NCBI GenBank assembly: GCA_015523605.1
Contig: WAKC01000025.1
Location: 101,582-125,581 of the forward strand
Reading direction: 5' to 3'
Origin: Candidatus Geothermarchaeota archaeon
Lineage (GTDB): Archaea > Thermoproteota > Nitrososphaeria > Geothermarchaeales > JDFR-13
DNA: 24,000 bases
Positions 7,857-15,608 of the stretch are shown here, piece by piece. The notes under the pieces were generated by a model, which did no database searches, was not told where the DNA came from, and saw only the letters and a list, made by a program, of their open reading frames with translations. The translations under genes and the position numbers were made by a program. Positions within the stretch are counted from its first letter, which is position 1. The number at the start of each line of letters is the position of its first letter.

Positions 7857-8283
7857 AGAAAATATAAAGTATAAACACAAGATAGATAGCAAATTGGATA
7901 ACGCTGAGATTGTAGTTAGAACGATTTTACTTCCGTGTGAAGACAGGTCTAAAGTTGAACAGGCACTGCTAAATGTCGTTCATGGCAACATAGATCATGA
8001 AGAGTTTGGTGGAGAGAATTATCTTATTATACAGACTAAGGGAAGAGAAAAAATCGAAAGGATCTTCAACCATTTTAGAAATAGACAGGTATTAGCTGCA
8101 CTTAGAAAGTTTCTAATTACATACTCTAGTGAAGATGAGATCGTTTTTTATCTACATAAACAAGCTGCATTTAAGGGGATACTTTCTCTTGCTGAGCCTG
8201 GAGAATCTCCTGGTGGAGAGATAATAGTTTCCATTAAGGTTGAAAACGCAAGAGAAGTTATTATGTGGCTTACGAGATTTTAG
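7837..8283 (+). CDS. UPF0201-type predicted RNA-binding protein
   Basis: The conserved-looking core (AEIVVRTILLPCEDRSKVEQALLNV...FYLHKQAAFKG...GEIIVSI) is about 150 aa. The ORF-track start at 7738 would lie deep inside the previous gene. ATG 7837 (or 7828) gives a 148-aa product overlapping the UPF0200 3' end by about 20-29 nt. Confidence 0.7.
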   Translation: MKKRRIRENIKYKHKIDSKLDNAEIVVRTILLPCEDRSKVEQALLNVVHGNIDHEEFGGENYLIIQTKGREKIERIFNHFRNRQVLAALRKFLITYSSEDEIVFYLHKQAAFKGILSLAEPGESPGGEIIVSIKVENAREVIMWLTRF

Positions 8284-9236
8284 AGTTTATCATAAAAAAT
8301 TGGCTTTACATAAGGGATAGTCAGATTTTGTAAGTCCTCAGCCAAAAAGGTTGATGGAAAGATCCTTCGGGCCTCTTCAAGTAACGGGTTGGGGTCTTCA
8401 TATCTAGCACTAAAATGTGTTAATATAAGTATTTTAACGTTGGCTTCTTTAGCTATCTTTGCTGCCTCCAGTGCCGTTGTATGTAGGGTTTCTAAACTTC
8501 TCTCTTTTAATTCATGTAAAAACGTCGCTTCATGAATAAGCACATCACAATCTTTTGAGAATGAAATCATCCTTTTGAAGGGAGAAGTATCACCCGAGAC
8601 TACTATACTCCTTCCCCTTATACTTACAGGTATTATATAATCCTTCGATTTGAATGTTTTTCCATTTATGACCACATCTTTACCCCCAGCCAGATCCTTC
8701 CATAAATGTCTCGGAACCTTATCTTCTAACGCTTTTTTCACATTGAATTTTCCAGATCTTCCGTATTCTTGAAATCTATAGCTAAAGGACCATGAGGTAT
8801 GTGAATTTTTAATCGCTTTTATATAATACTCATCAAACTCAAAGATTGCCCCATCATATACTTCAGTAAAACTCATTTCAAAGGGGAGATTGACTTCTAA
8901 AAAACTTAGGAAATAATCAATCAATGACTTAAGTTTAGGGGGACCGAATATGAAAAGTTCTTTAGTTCTTTTAAATAATGTTAGAGTTTGAAGTAGAGGA
9001 AAGAACCCCAATATGTGGTCTCCATGGATATGAGTAAAAAATATTTTTATGACCTTCCCTAAGCCCAAACCGAGTTTAAATAGCTGTCTTTGTGTACCTT
9101 CCCCCATATCAAAAAATATCAGTTCCCCTTTCCTCCTCATTACAATACTTGTTACATTTCTATGAGGAGTGGGTACACCAGCTGATGTGCCTAAAAAATA
9201 TAGTTCAATCTCCATTACCTCTTCACCGTATGACAT
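8280..9236 (-). CDS. rnz: Ribonuclease Z (tRNA 3' endonuclease, metallo-beta-lactamase fold)
   Basis: LYFLGTSAGVPT...RNVTS, FDMGEGTQRQL and the FTHIHGDHILG (HxHxDH) motif. An alternative start is ATG 9215 (MEIELYFLG). Confidence 0.9.
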   Translation of the reverse strand: MSYGEEVMEIELYFLGTSAGVPTPHRNVTSIVMRRKGELIFFDMGEGTQRQLFKLGLGLGKVIKIFFTHIHGDHILGFFPLLQTLTLFKRTKELFIFGPPKLKSLIDYFLSFLEVNLPFEMSFTEVYDGAIFEFDEYYIKAIKNSHTSWSFSYRFQEYGRSGKFNVKKALEDKVPRHLWKDLAGGKDVVINGKTFKSKDYIIPVSIRGRSIVVSGDTSPFKRMISFSKDCDVLIHEATFLHELKERSLETLHTTALEAAKIAKEANVKILILTHFSARYEDPNPLLEEARRIFPSTFLAEDLQNLTIPYVKPIFYDKL

Positions 9237-10254
9237 AGAGATACCTTACTAAGTTTTTATGAACCCTTATTGGAAAGACATACTTCACTAATAAATTATA
9301 ATCCTTTAAAATATTCGTTATACTCATGGGAGAGAAGAATGCAGAGCCCTTAGCTCTGGTAACAAACTTATCGATAAACTCCTGATAAATTTGATTTACG
9401 TCGGAGGAGGTGGGGGTTATACGTCCATATGGCGGATCTGTAGCAATAAAAATTTCATGTGAAGATAAGATAAAATCCGTCAAAGAATCTCCACATATAA
9501 CGTCCCAATATATGTTTGATGGAAACCATTTAAGATTGACATACGCACCACGGGTCCAACGATACTTCAATTCGATACATAGTGATGAGATTCCGATAGA
9601 TGCTGCTTCAACAGGTATACCCGCTACACCGCAAAAAGGATCAAGAATTATACCATCGTCATGAACTCCTGATAGATTAATGAGAAGTCTAGATAGTTTC
9701 GGCTCTAATGAAAACGGTGTAAAAACTGGTCTTCTATGTGGACGTCTATATTCAAAACCTTTTCTGTCATGATGAAATTCCAGACCAAGATAATATTTAT
9801 TACCCACTTTATAAACAGCAACTATAATTTCTGGATTAGATAAATTTAACTTGAAAGAATATTTCTCATACATTAGCTCGTAAATTTTATCTATAATATG
9901 GCGCGAGAGATGCCTCCCCAAATCCCCATCATAGTCGTGAATATGTCCAGCGAACGTCGATAATTCTCGAGTTAATATAAACCTTGGAAGATTAATACTT
10001 GGAATTGACTCAAGGTCTATTTCAGATTCGAATAAAATTAACATCCTCTTTATACATGCTGATCTATATAAGATTCTATTTAACGAAGTAAGGACTTTAT
10101 CGATGTAGACATTTTCTATGGAAACCTTGATAAGTGGTTTTTTAAGTTCTGTTATGATAAACTTTTTGAAAAAAAGCCCTAGTAATGTCTCAAGTTCGGC
10201 AATACAGATCGGAAAATAGTCTTGTGAAAGATGAGCTAGTAAATTTAACTTCAT
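9223..10254 (-). CDS. trm11: THUMP-type tRNA (guanine-N2) methyltransferase, Trm11/Trm-G10 family
   Basis: SAM motif I LDPFCGVAGIPVEAA and catalytic motif IV TDPPYGR. A roughly 170-aa N-terminal domain begins LAHLSQDYFPICIAELETLL, as in Trm11/Trm-G10 proteins. Confidence 0.72.
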   Translation of the reverse strand: MKLNLLAHLSQDYFPICIAELETLLGLFFKKFIITELKKPLIKVSIENVYIDKVLTSLNRILYRSACIKRMLILFESEIDLESIPSINLPRFILTRELSTFAGHIHDYDGDLGRHLSRHIIDKIYELMYEKYSFKLNLSNPEIIVAVYKVGNKYYLGLEFHHDRKGFEYRRPHRRPVFTPFSLEPKLSRLLINLSGVHDDGIILDPFCGVAGIPVEAASIGISSLCIELKYRWTRGAYVNLKWFPSNIYWDVICGDSLTDFILSSHEIFIATDPPYGRITPTSSDVNQIYQEFIDKFVTRAKGSAFFSPMSITNILKDYNLLVKYVFPIRVHKNLVRYLYVIR

Positions 10255-11159
10255 TTTAAAAACTCCATTAATTTGGGGAACGTTTCAAAAATAGAAAATA
10301 TTGAAAAAGACCTCATTACAGTATCACTACCAAATATATTTTTCACACCCGAATCGAACAAACGCTGCTCTGCATTATTAACGAGGAGGAGGTGAGTTGC
10401 CAGAGCATATACATTTGGATTGCCGTTTTCTGTAACATATTTTGCAACTCCTGCCATAGTCCCTCCAGTAGATATTTCATCGTCTATGATAAAAACCGCA
10501 TCAAAATCTTTTAGACTTAAATCCATTTTTGAAAACGAGAATGACACTTCTCCTGTGTTTCTATCTCTAAACTTTGATACAACAGCGTAACTACACCCAA
10601 ACCTTTTAGACAAATTCTTAACCACAAATTCCCTTCCCTTATCTGGTGATAAAAGTAAGATATTTTTAGAGTTTATGGATAATATGTTCAATGCCTTAGC
10701 CAGAATCTCTTGATAGATTGATAGATGAATTAGAGGGATGTCAGAAAGTTCTACAACCGCTTGGATATTATGAACATCATATATGACGAGATAAGTGGGA
10801 CGATATAATGATATGGCATCTAATATGACTTTCAATGAAAGGGATTCACCCACTAGGAATCTCTTATCTTGCCTTGAGTAAGATAGGTAGGGAATGATTA
10901 ACATCAACTTAGAATTGGTTTTATAATATCGTATTACTTCCAACGTTTGTAATAGCAGCATAAAGTTGTCATTAACTTGGGGGAATAATGGAAAGAACAA
11001 CAGAATTTTGTCATCAGCCATCTCAATCTCTGGGATACGGGCTAAGACTTCGTTGTTAGGAAATTGTCTAACTACAACTTCCAACAATTCATAGTCCACA
11101 TCATCTATAACTGTGGCCACCCTATCTTTGTATTGTGGAGGCACAATAATCGTCGTCAT
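10251..11159 (-). CDS. prs: Ribose-phosphate pyrophosphokinase (PRPP synthetase)
   Basis: IIPYLSYSRQDKRF (PRPP synthetase signature) and the PRPP-binding loop FIIDDEISTGGTM. The stop overlaps the next start (ATGA). Confidence 0.88.
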   Translation of the reverse strand: MTTIIVPPQYKDRVATVIDDVDYELLEVVVRQFPNNEVLARIPEIEMADDKILLFFPLFPQVNDNFMLLLQTLEVIRYYKTNSKLMLIIPYLSYSRQDKRFLVGESLSLKVILDAISLYRPTYLVIYDVHNIQAVVELSDIPLIHLSIYQEILAKALNILSINSKNILLLSPDKGREFVVKNLSKRFGCSYAVVSKFRDRNTGEVSFSFSKMDLSLKDFDAVFIIDDEISTGGTMAGVAKYVTENGNPNVYALATHLLLVNNAEQRLFDSGVKNIFGSDTVMRSFSIFSIFETFPKLMEFLK

Positions 11160-11216
11160 TTCCCTGAAATAATGATTTTAAAAATACCTATATAACAATA
11201 GAGATTATAGGCCGAA

Positions 11217-11645
11217 ATGAGAGAGATAGATAAAGATCCAGTCTATATATCAATTTTGAATATTATACATAGATATGGAAAGGCCTATCCCGATACAATA
11301 GCTTCTAAACTTGGAATGACGAGGCAGGCAATCGACTATAGACTAAAGAGACTTGTTGAGGAAGGCTATATAGAGAAGCGATATAATAGGAGAGTCTATT
11401 ACGTACTTACAGAATCAGGTCTCAAAATCTTATCTGGAGTAACTGATTTAGTCCCTGATACAGAGAGACATACAAAAGGTTTGAGTATATTAAAATATGT
11501 ACCTATTTTAGGAATCTCAATGGGTATCATTACATTAGGCCAATTTATAGCATTAGGCGATATGTTAAGAGGAGTCGTTGGATTCGTTTCATGGACAATC
11601 ATTGGATTTATAGCTTATTACTACTTAACCAAGAAAATTGGATGA
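11217..11645 (+). CDS. Membrane-tethered winged-helix (MarR/ArsR-like) DNA-binding protein
   Basis: N-terminal wHTH (PDTIASKLGMTRQAIDYRLKRLVEEGYIEKR). It is followed by two hydrophobic helices (VPILGISMGIITLGQFIAL, VVGFVSWTIIGFIAYYYL). Confidence 0.6.
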   Translation: MREIDKDPVYISILNIIHRYGKAYPDTIASKLGMTRQAIDYRLKRLVEEGYIEKRYNRRVYYVLTESGLKILSGVTDLVPDTERHTKGLSILKYVPILGISMGIITLGQFIALGDMLRGVVGFVSWTIIGFIAYYYLTKKIG

Positions 11646-11654
11646 CTTTGTTAT

Positions 11655-12641
11655 TTACTCACTCCTTAAACTATCGATATAATGTTTTGCTTCAATAGCC
11701 GCCATAACACCAAATCCAGCTGCCGTTACAGCTTGTTGATATTTAGGATCCATTACATCACCTGCCGCAAATATACCTGGTACACTAGTCTTCACAAAAT
11801 CAGTTGTTTTTATATAGCCATTAGGGGTAAGTTCTACAAGGTTCTTTACTAAATCGCTATTTGGAACATGGCCAATAGCGATGAAAACTCCATCCACTTC
11901 TATAACTTCTTCCTCACCTGTTTCTTTATTCAACAATTTTAATGATTCAACTTTTTCATCTCCTAAGATATCCACTACAACACGGTTCCACAATACCTCA
12001 ATATTATTTCTCTTCATAACTTCATTGACCAAAGCCTCAGAAGCCCTAAATTCCCCCCTTCTATGGATGATATAGATCTTCTTAGCAATTTCCGATAAAT
12101 ATAACGCATCCGTTAAGGCTGTATCTCCTCCTCCCACCACCGCAACAACGCCATCCTTGAAAAAGTAGCCATCACATACAGCACAGTAAGACACTCCTCT
12201 ACCTAACAACCTTTTTTCTGAGTCTAGTCCGAGTTCTCTATACCTTGCACCCGTAGCTATTATAACACTTAATCCTTTATACCAGGCTCCTCCTGCAAAG
12301 ACTCTAAATCTATTATTTTCTATCTCTAGCTTCTCTGCATTATAATCAACGAATTCAACGCCAAACCTAGCCGCTTGATTCAACATCCTTCTCATCAAAT
12401 CAGGGCCATTTATGCCTTCAGGAAAACCTGGATAATTCTCTACTACGGTTGTAGTCATAAGCTGGCCTCCCCAATTAAACCCTGAAATCACTAGAGTTGA
12501 TAAGCCGAATCTGATTGAGTATATAGCTGCAGAGAGACCTGCTGGACCAGATCCTATGATAATGACATCATATAGCTTTTCAGGAGTTCCCACTTTCCTA
12601 TTATAGTCGACTTGCAAAGATAGTCCTAATGATATACTCAT
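11655..12641 (-). CDS. trxB: Thioredoxin reductase (low-Mr, FAD/NAD(P)H)
   Basis: FAD-binding loop IIIGSGPAGLSAAIY, redox-active CAVCDG, NAD(P)-binding loop VVGGGDTALTDALYL...HRR, and C-terminal GIFAAGDV. Confidence 0.9.
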   Translation of the reverse strand: MSISLGLSLQVDYNRKVGTPEKLYDVIIIGSGPAGLSAAIYSIRFGLSTLVISGFNWGGQLMTTTVVENYPGFPEGINGPDLMRRMLNQAARFGVEFVDYNAEKLEIENNRFRVFAGGAWYKGLSVIIATGARYRELGLDSEKRLLGRGVSYCAVCDGYFFKDGVVAVVGGGDTALTDALYLSEIAKKIYIIHRRGEFRASEALVNEVMKRNNIEVLWNRVVVDILGDEKVESLKLLNKETGEEEVIEVDGVFIAIGHVPNSDLVKNLVELTPNGYIKTTDFVKTSVPGIFAAGDVMDPKYQQAVTAAGFGVMAAIEAKHYIDSLRSE

Positions 12642-12754
12642 GACATGTATATATTCTAACGATACAGGTTTATAATTTAATGTATTTAGCTTGCAGTTCT
12701 AATCGCAATACTTATATAATTAGAGATTATGAGATAATAATGAGGATGAGATAA

Positions 12755-13162
12755 ATGTACACGTATAGAAGAGAATTTAGGTTTAGAGGATATACACTTG
12801 AAGAATTGAAGAAGATGAGTATCGAAGAATTTGCAAAATTAATAGATACTAAAGCGAGAAGATATTTGTTAAGATCAAAATTTACACCTGAAGCAAAAAA
12901 GCTTCTCAAGAAGGTGGATTTAGCTTTAGAAGGTAAGTATAACAAACCAATAAGAACCCATGTTAGGGAGATGGTCATTCTTCCAAAAATGGTAGGGCTG
13001 ACAATATACGTACATAACGGTAAGGAATTCGTACCAGTTGAAATTAAACCAGAGATGATAGGAAGAAGACTTGGAGAATTTGCACATACGATAAAACCAG
13101 TTAAGCATGGCCAACCTGGATTAGGAGCATCTAGATCAAGTCTATATGTACCTATCAAGTAA
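12755..13162 (+). CDS. rps19: 30S ribosomal protein uS19 (S19P/S15e)
   Basis: [11 protein letters not shown]..., [25 protein letters not shown] and [13 protein letters not shown]...[12 protein letters not shown] are classic archaeal uS19 blocks. A GAGGATGAG Shine-Dalgarno-like sequence sits just upstream. Confidence 0.92.
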   Translation: MYTYRREFRFRGYTLEELKKMSIEEFAKLIDTKARRYLLRSKFTPEAKKLLKKVDLALEGKYNKPIRTHVREMVILPKMVGLTIYVHNGKEFVPVEIKPEMIGRRLGEFAHTIKPVKHGQPGLGASRSSLYVPIK

Positions 13163-13209
13163 GGTTGATGATATTAGTATTTAACTACAATGAGTGAATA
13201 ACCACTGGA

Positions 13210-13217
13210 TTTTTATT
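13210..13217 (+). terminator. Oligo-T tract (TTTTTATT) about 50 nt after the uS19 stop; possible archaeal intrinsic terminator
   Basis: A T5 run on the sense strand downstream of rps19. Archaeal termination commonly occurs at oligo-T. Sequence only. Confidence 0.3.
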
Positions 13218-13254
13218 AACACAATTCTTCTATAAATAACTAAGGCTTTAAGTG

Positions 13255-13330
<76 letters not shown>

Positions 13331-13360
13331 AATCTAAGAATATTTTAATAATAGAGAAAG

Positions 13361-13368
13361 TTTAAAAA
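13361..13368 (-). promoter_or_regulatory. TATA-like box (TTTTTAAA on the minus strand) about 31-38 nt upstream of the tRNA-Val 5' end
   Basis: A/T octamer at a plausible distance for a short-leader tRNA transcript. Position only. Confidence 0.3.
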
Positions 13369-13435
13369 TTAACACCTTTAAATATCTTCACAAAAATCTT
13401 AGAATTCGAGGGCTCAAGAACTTTAGGGGGGTCTC

Positions 13436-13711
13436 ATGAGAAAAGAAAAGACTATAGGGTTTGTCCTTCTAATAGTCTCATCTATATTATTGGTCGTATA
13501 TCCATATCTAGTCTTCTTTGCTGATGAAGAAATGTCCTTATTCATTACAAAAATAACTGTAACATTTATCGTAGGTATTGTATCAATTATGGTGTTGTGG
13601 ATAGGATATACGTTGGTAACGACTCCTGCACAATCTGAGGATATTAGAAAAATTGATGAAGAAATAAGTAGGGAGATTAAAAAGTTGGAAGAAGAGTATA
13701 AAAAGGAATAA
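13436..13711 (+). CDS. Hypothetical small membrane protein (2 TM helices plus a charged coiled C-tail)
   Basis: 91 aa. It has two clear hydrophobic helices (IGFVLLIVSSILLVVYPYLVFF, ITVTFIVGIVSIMVLWIGYTLV) and then EDIRKIDEEISREIKKLEEEYKKE. A G-rich Shine-Dalgarno-like AGGGGGG sits 5 nt upstream. The overlapping minus-strand ORF looks like a low-complexity shadow. Confidence 0.5.
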   Translation: MRKEKTIGFVLLIVSSILLVVYPYLVFFADEEMSLFITKITVTFIVGIVSIMVLWIGYTLVTTPAQSEDIRKIDEEISREIKKLEEEYKKE

Positions 13712-13731
13712 AAAATTAAAAATGAATCCTC

Positions 13732-13740
13732 TAAATTATT
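13732..13740 (+). promoter_or_regulatory. TATA-like box (TAAATTATT) centred about 25 nt upstream of tRNA-Leu position +1
   Basis: Position and A/T composition only. Confidence 0.3.
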
Positions 13741-13760
13741 GAGATACGAAGGATATATAA

Positions 13761-13849
13761 GCGGGGGTTCCCCTAGCCTGGCCAACGGGGGTGGACTGAG
13801 GCTCCACTGGCTTAGGCCTTCGTGGGTTCAAATCCCACCCCCCGCACCA
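13761..13849 (+). tRNA. tRNA-Leu (anticodon GAG), class II with long variable arm; CCA encoded
   Basis: GCGGGGG acceptor stem, anticodon arm GTGGA-CTGAGGC-TCCAC, 14-nt variable arm T-GGC-TTAG-GCC-TTC, T arm GTGGG-TTCAAAT-CCCAC, then CCCCCGC-A-CCA. Confidence 0.93.
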
Positions 13850-14673
13850 AAATCTAACACACACTCGGCTTTTGGGTATCTATTTTTTACTTCTCTAACT
13901 ATGCTATGAACAATATCTTCTATTTTGGGAGCCAATACATTGTCAATAGCTATATTTAACTCGAGATGATCAGCCTTTATCAGGATCTTATAATACAGTT
14001 TTATTCCATGCTCTTCCAACAATTTCAGGATCACGTCCTCTAAATTCTTCTCTCTAATGCTGAAAAACTTAATTTTCACGTATTCAATCCTTTCTAGATT
14101 GTATAGATTCCTAAGTATCGGCAAGACCTGACTAGCAAACATTTCTTTTACTTCCCTAGGAACCCCTGGAAGAACAAAAATATGACTAGAATCTATCTTT
14201 AGATAAAAACCGGGAGCAACACCTACTTTATTTTCCAAAATAAGAGCATTCTTTGGTATGTAGCACATCTTCATTCTCTTTTCAACTTCCTTCTCATCAT
14301 TATATATCGATCTGAGTTTCTCAAGAGTCTTATGTGAAACAATTAGAGGTAATTTAAAAGCTTGAGAAACTGCGTATCTCGTTATGTCATCTCGAGTAGG
14401 ACCAAGACCCCCAGTAACTATAACGACATCCACAGCTTTTATAGCCTGAAGGAGTTCATTAGCGATATCTTCTAATTTATCATGTAATATTAAAGCACGA
14501 TCTACATGGAAACCAAGACTCGTTAACTCACTACTAATATAATATAAATTCACATCTCTTACAATACCTCTTAACAATTCACTTCCTACAATAATTATCC
14601 GCGCAGTTCTACCTCTTTCTCCGTCCTGTTCTCCTTGCTCCAAAACTCCCAACCTTCCTTCCAGGAGGTGCAT
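13828..14673 (-). CDS. CinA-like / MoCF-biosynthesis (MoaB/Mog-fold) domain protein (COG1058-type)
   Basis: ARIIIVGSELLRG...VVIVTGGLGPTRDDITR is the CinA N-terminal domain signature. About 100 further residues follow, as in archaeal stand-alone CinA homologues. The start is uncertain (ATG 14673, TTG 14652 or TTG 14643), and all three candidates overlap rpl2. Confidence 0.78.
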   Translation of the reverse strand: MHLLEGRLGVLEQGEQDGERGRTARIIIVGSELLRGIVRDVNLYYISSELTSLGFHVDRALILHDKLEDIANELLQAIKAVDVVIVTGGLGPTRDDITRYAVSQAFKLPLIVSHKTLEKLRSIYNDEKEVEKRMKMCYIPKNALILENKVGVAPGFYLKIDSSHIFVLPGVPREVKEMFASQVLPILRNLYNLERIEYVKIKFFSIREKNLEDVILKLLEEHGIKLYYKILIKADHLELNIAIDNVLAPKIEDIVHSIVREVKNRYPKAECVLDFGAGGGI

Positions 14674-15322
14674 TTCTAGCTACAGTCTTAGGCTTCCCCA
14701 CATGTTGATGTGCCCCTCCTCCAAACGGATGGTCTACAGGGTTCATTGCTACACCTCTCACTCTCGGCCAACGTTTTCCACCTTTAGCCTTTAACCATTT
14801 ATACTTAGCCCCTGCTTTCAAAAACGGCTTATCAGTTCTACCACCGCCAGCAACCACACCAATTACCGCTCTACATTCCGGATTTAAAACAATGCTTTTT
14901 CCTGAAGGCAACATCACCTCAATACCATTTCCAGATTTACCTAGAACCTGCACATATGATCCAGAGGCCCTACCCAGCTTACCCCCATCTCCAGGGATTC
15001 TCTCTACGCTAGAGACCAAAGTTCCAGGAGGGATATCCTTTAATTTTAGAATATCTCCCGGCTTCAATTCTGTCGATTTATATATTGAGATTTCCTGACC
15101 TACGTACATGCCCTCTACGGCGTTAATATAAAACTCAACGTTATTAGGTGTCTTTAATTTTGCTAATGGAGTTCCACGACCTGGATTATGAAGTAAATCA
15201 ACCACGGTCGCTGTTGTAGGCTCCTCAAACATTGGTATACGAGCTGGGGCTACAGATTTATGTGTGGATGCTCTATATACGGGGCTCCGCCCAAGTCTTT
15301 GAGCCAATATTCTTTTACCCAT
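14609..15322 (-). CDS. rpl2: 50S ribosomal protein uL2
   Basis: MGKRILAQRLGRS... N-terminus, GxxxxNPVDHPFGGG and HQHVGKP motifs. I prefer ATG 15322 over the ORF-track start at 15349, because GGTGAT (Shine-Dalgarno) lies 4 nt upstream and archaeal uL2 proteins start MGK. Confidence 0.95.
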   Translation of the reverse strand: MGKRILAQRLGRSPVYRASTHKSVAPARIPMFEEPTTATVVDLLHNPGRGTPLAKLKTPNNVEFYINAVEGMYVGQEISIYKSTELKPGDILKLKDIPPGTLVSSVERIPGDGGKLGRASGSYVQVLGKSGNGIEVMLPSGKSIVLNPECRAVIGVVAGGGRTDKPFLKAGAKYKWLKAKGGKRWPRVRGVAMNPVDHPFGGGAHQHVGKPKTVARNAPPGRKVGSFGARRTGRRKR

Positions 15323-15335
15323 CTCAATCACCCAA

Positions 15336-15608
15336 CTATAAGATACCAAGAGCAGTCGCTACTTTTATAGCATCATCCTTATCGACAAAAGTTACGATAG
15401 CCTTCTTTTCACCTTTGGGGGTAATCAACGTATTTACCTTCTTAACCTTAACATCAAACTTTTCTTCGATCACCCTTTTTATATCGCTTTTTGTAGCTTC
15501 CTTATCAACTATTAGAGAAAGTTTTCCCTCTCTCTCAAGTAGCAAGACACTTTTCTCAGTTATAACGGGATATTTAACAATAAGGTAGAATGGATCTCTC
15601 TGACTCAT
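15336..15608 (-). CDS. rpl23: 50S ribosomal protein uL23
   Basis: 90 aa. PVITEKS..., KSDIKRVIEEKFDVKVKKVNTL and its position between uL4 and uL2. ATGA overlap with rpl4. Confidence 0.9.
   Translation of the reverse strand: MSQRDPFYLIVKYPVITEKSVLLLEREGKLSLIVDKEATKSDIKRVIEEKFDVKVKKVNTLITPKGEKKAIVTFVDKDDAIKVATALGIL

Noticed and set aside
12727-13158. 143-aa and 62-aa minus-strand ORFs antisense to rps19.
   Set aside because: uS19 on the plus strand is unmistakable. The antisense products are hydrophobic and low-complexity with no motif.
13164-13213. Possible C/D-box sRNA just after rps19. It has a TTGATGA (C-box-like) at 13165-13171 and a TGAGTGA (C'-like) at 13191-13197.
   Set aside because: No CUGA D box occurs at the required spacing; the nearest candidate is CTGG. 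The second guide would be only about 8 nt, and there is no terminal stem. The match is too weak to call.
13423-13785. 120-aa minus-strand ORF between the tRNAs.
   Set aside because: It overlaps tRNA-Leu and is antisense to the better-supported 2-TM ORF. Its composition is Ser/Ile/Leu low-complexity, opposite to the purine-rich sense bias of real genes here.
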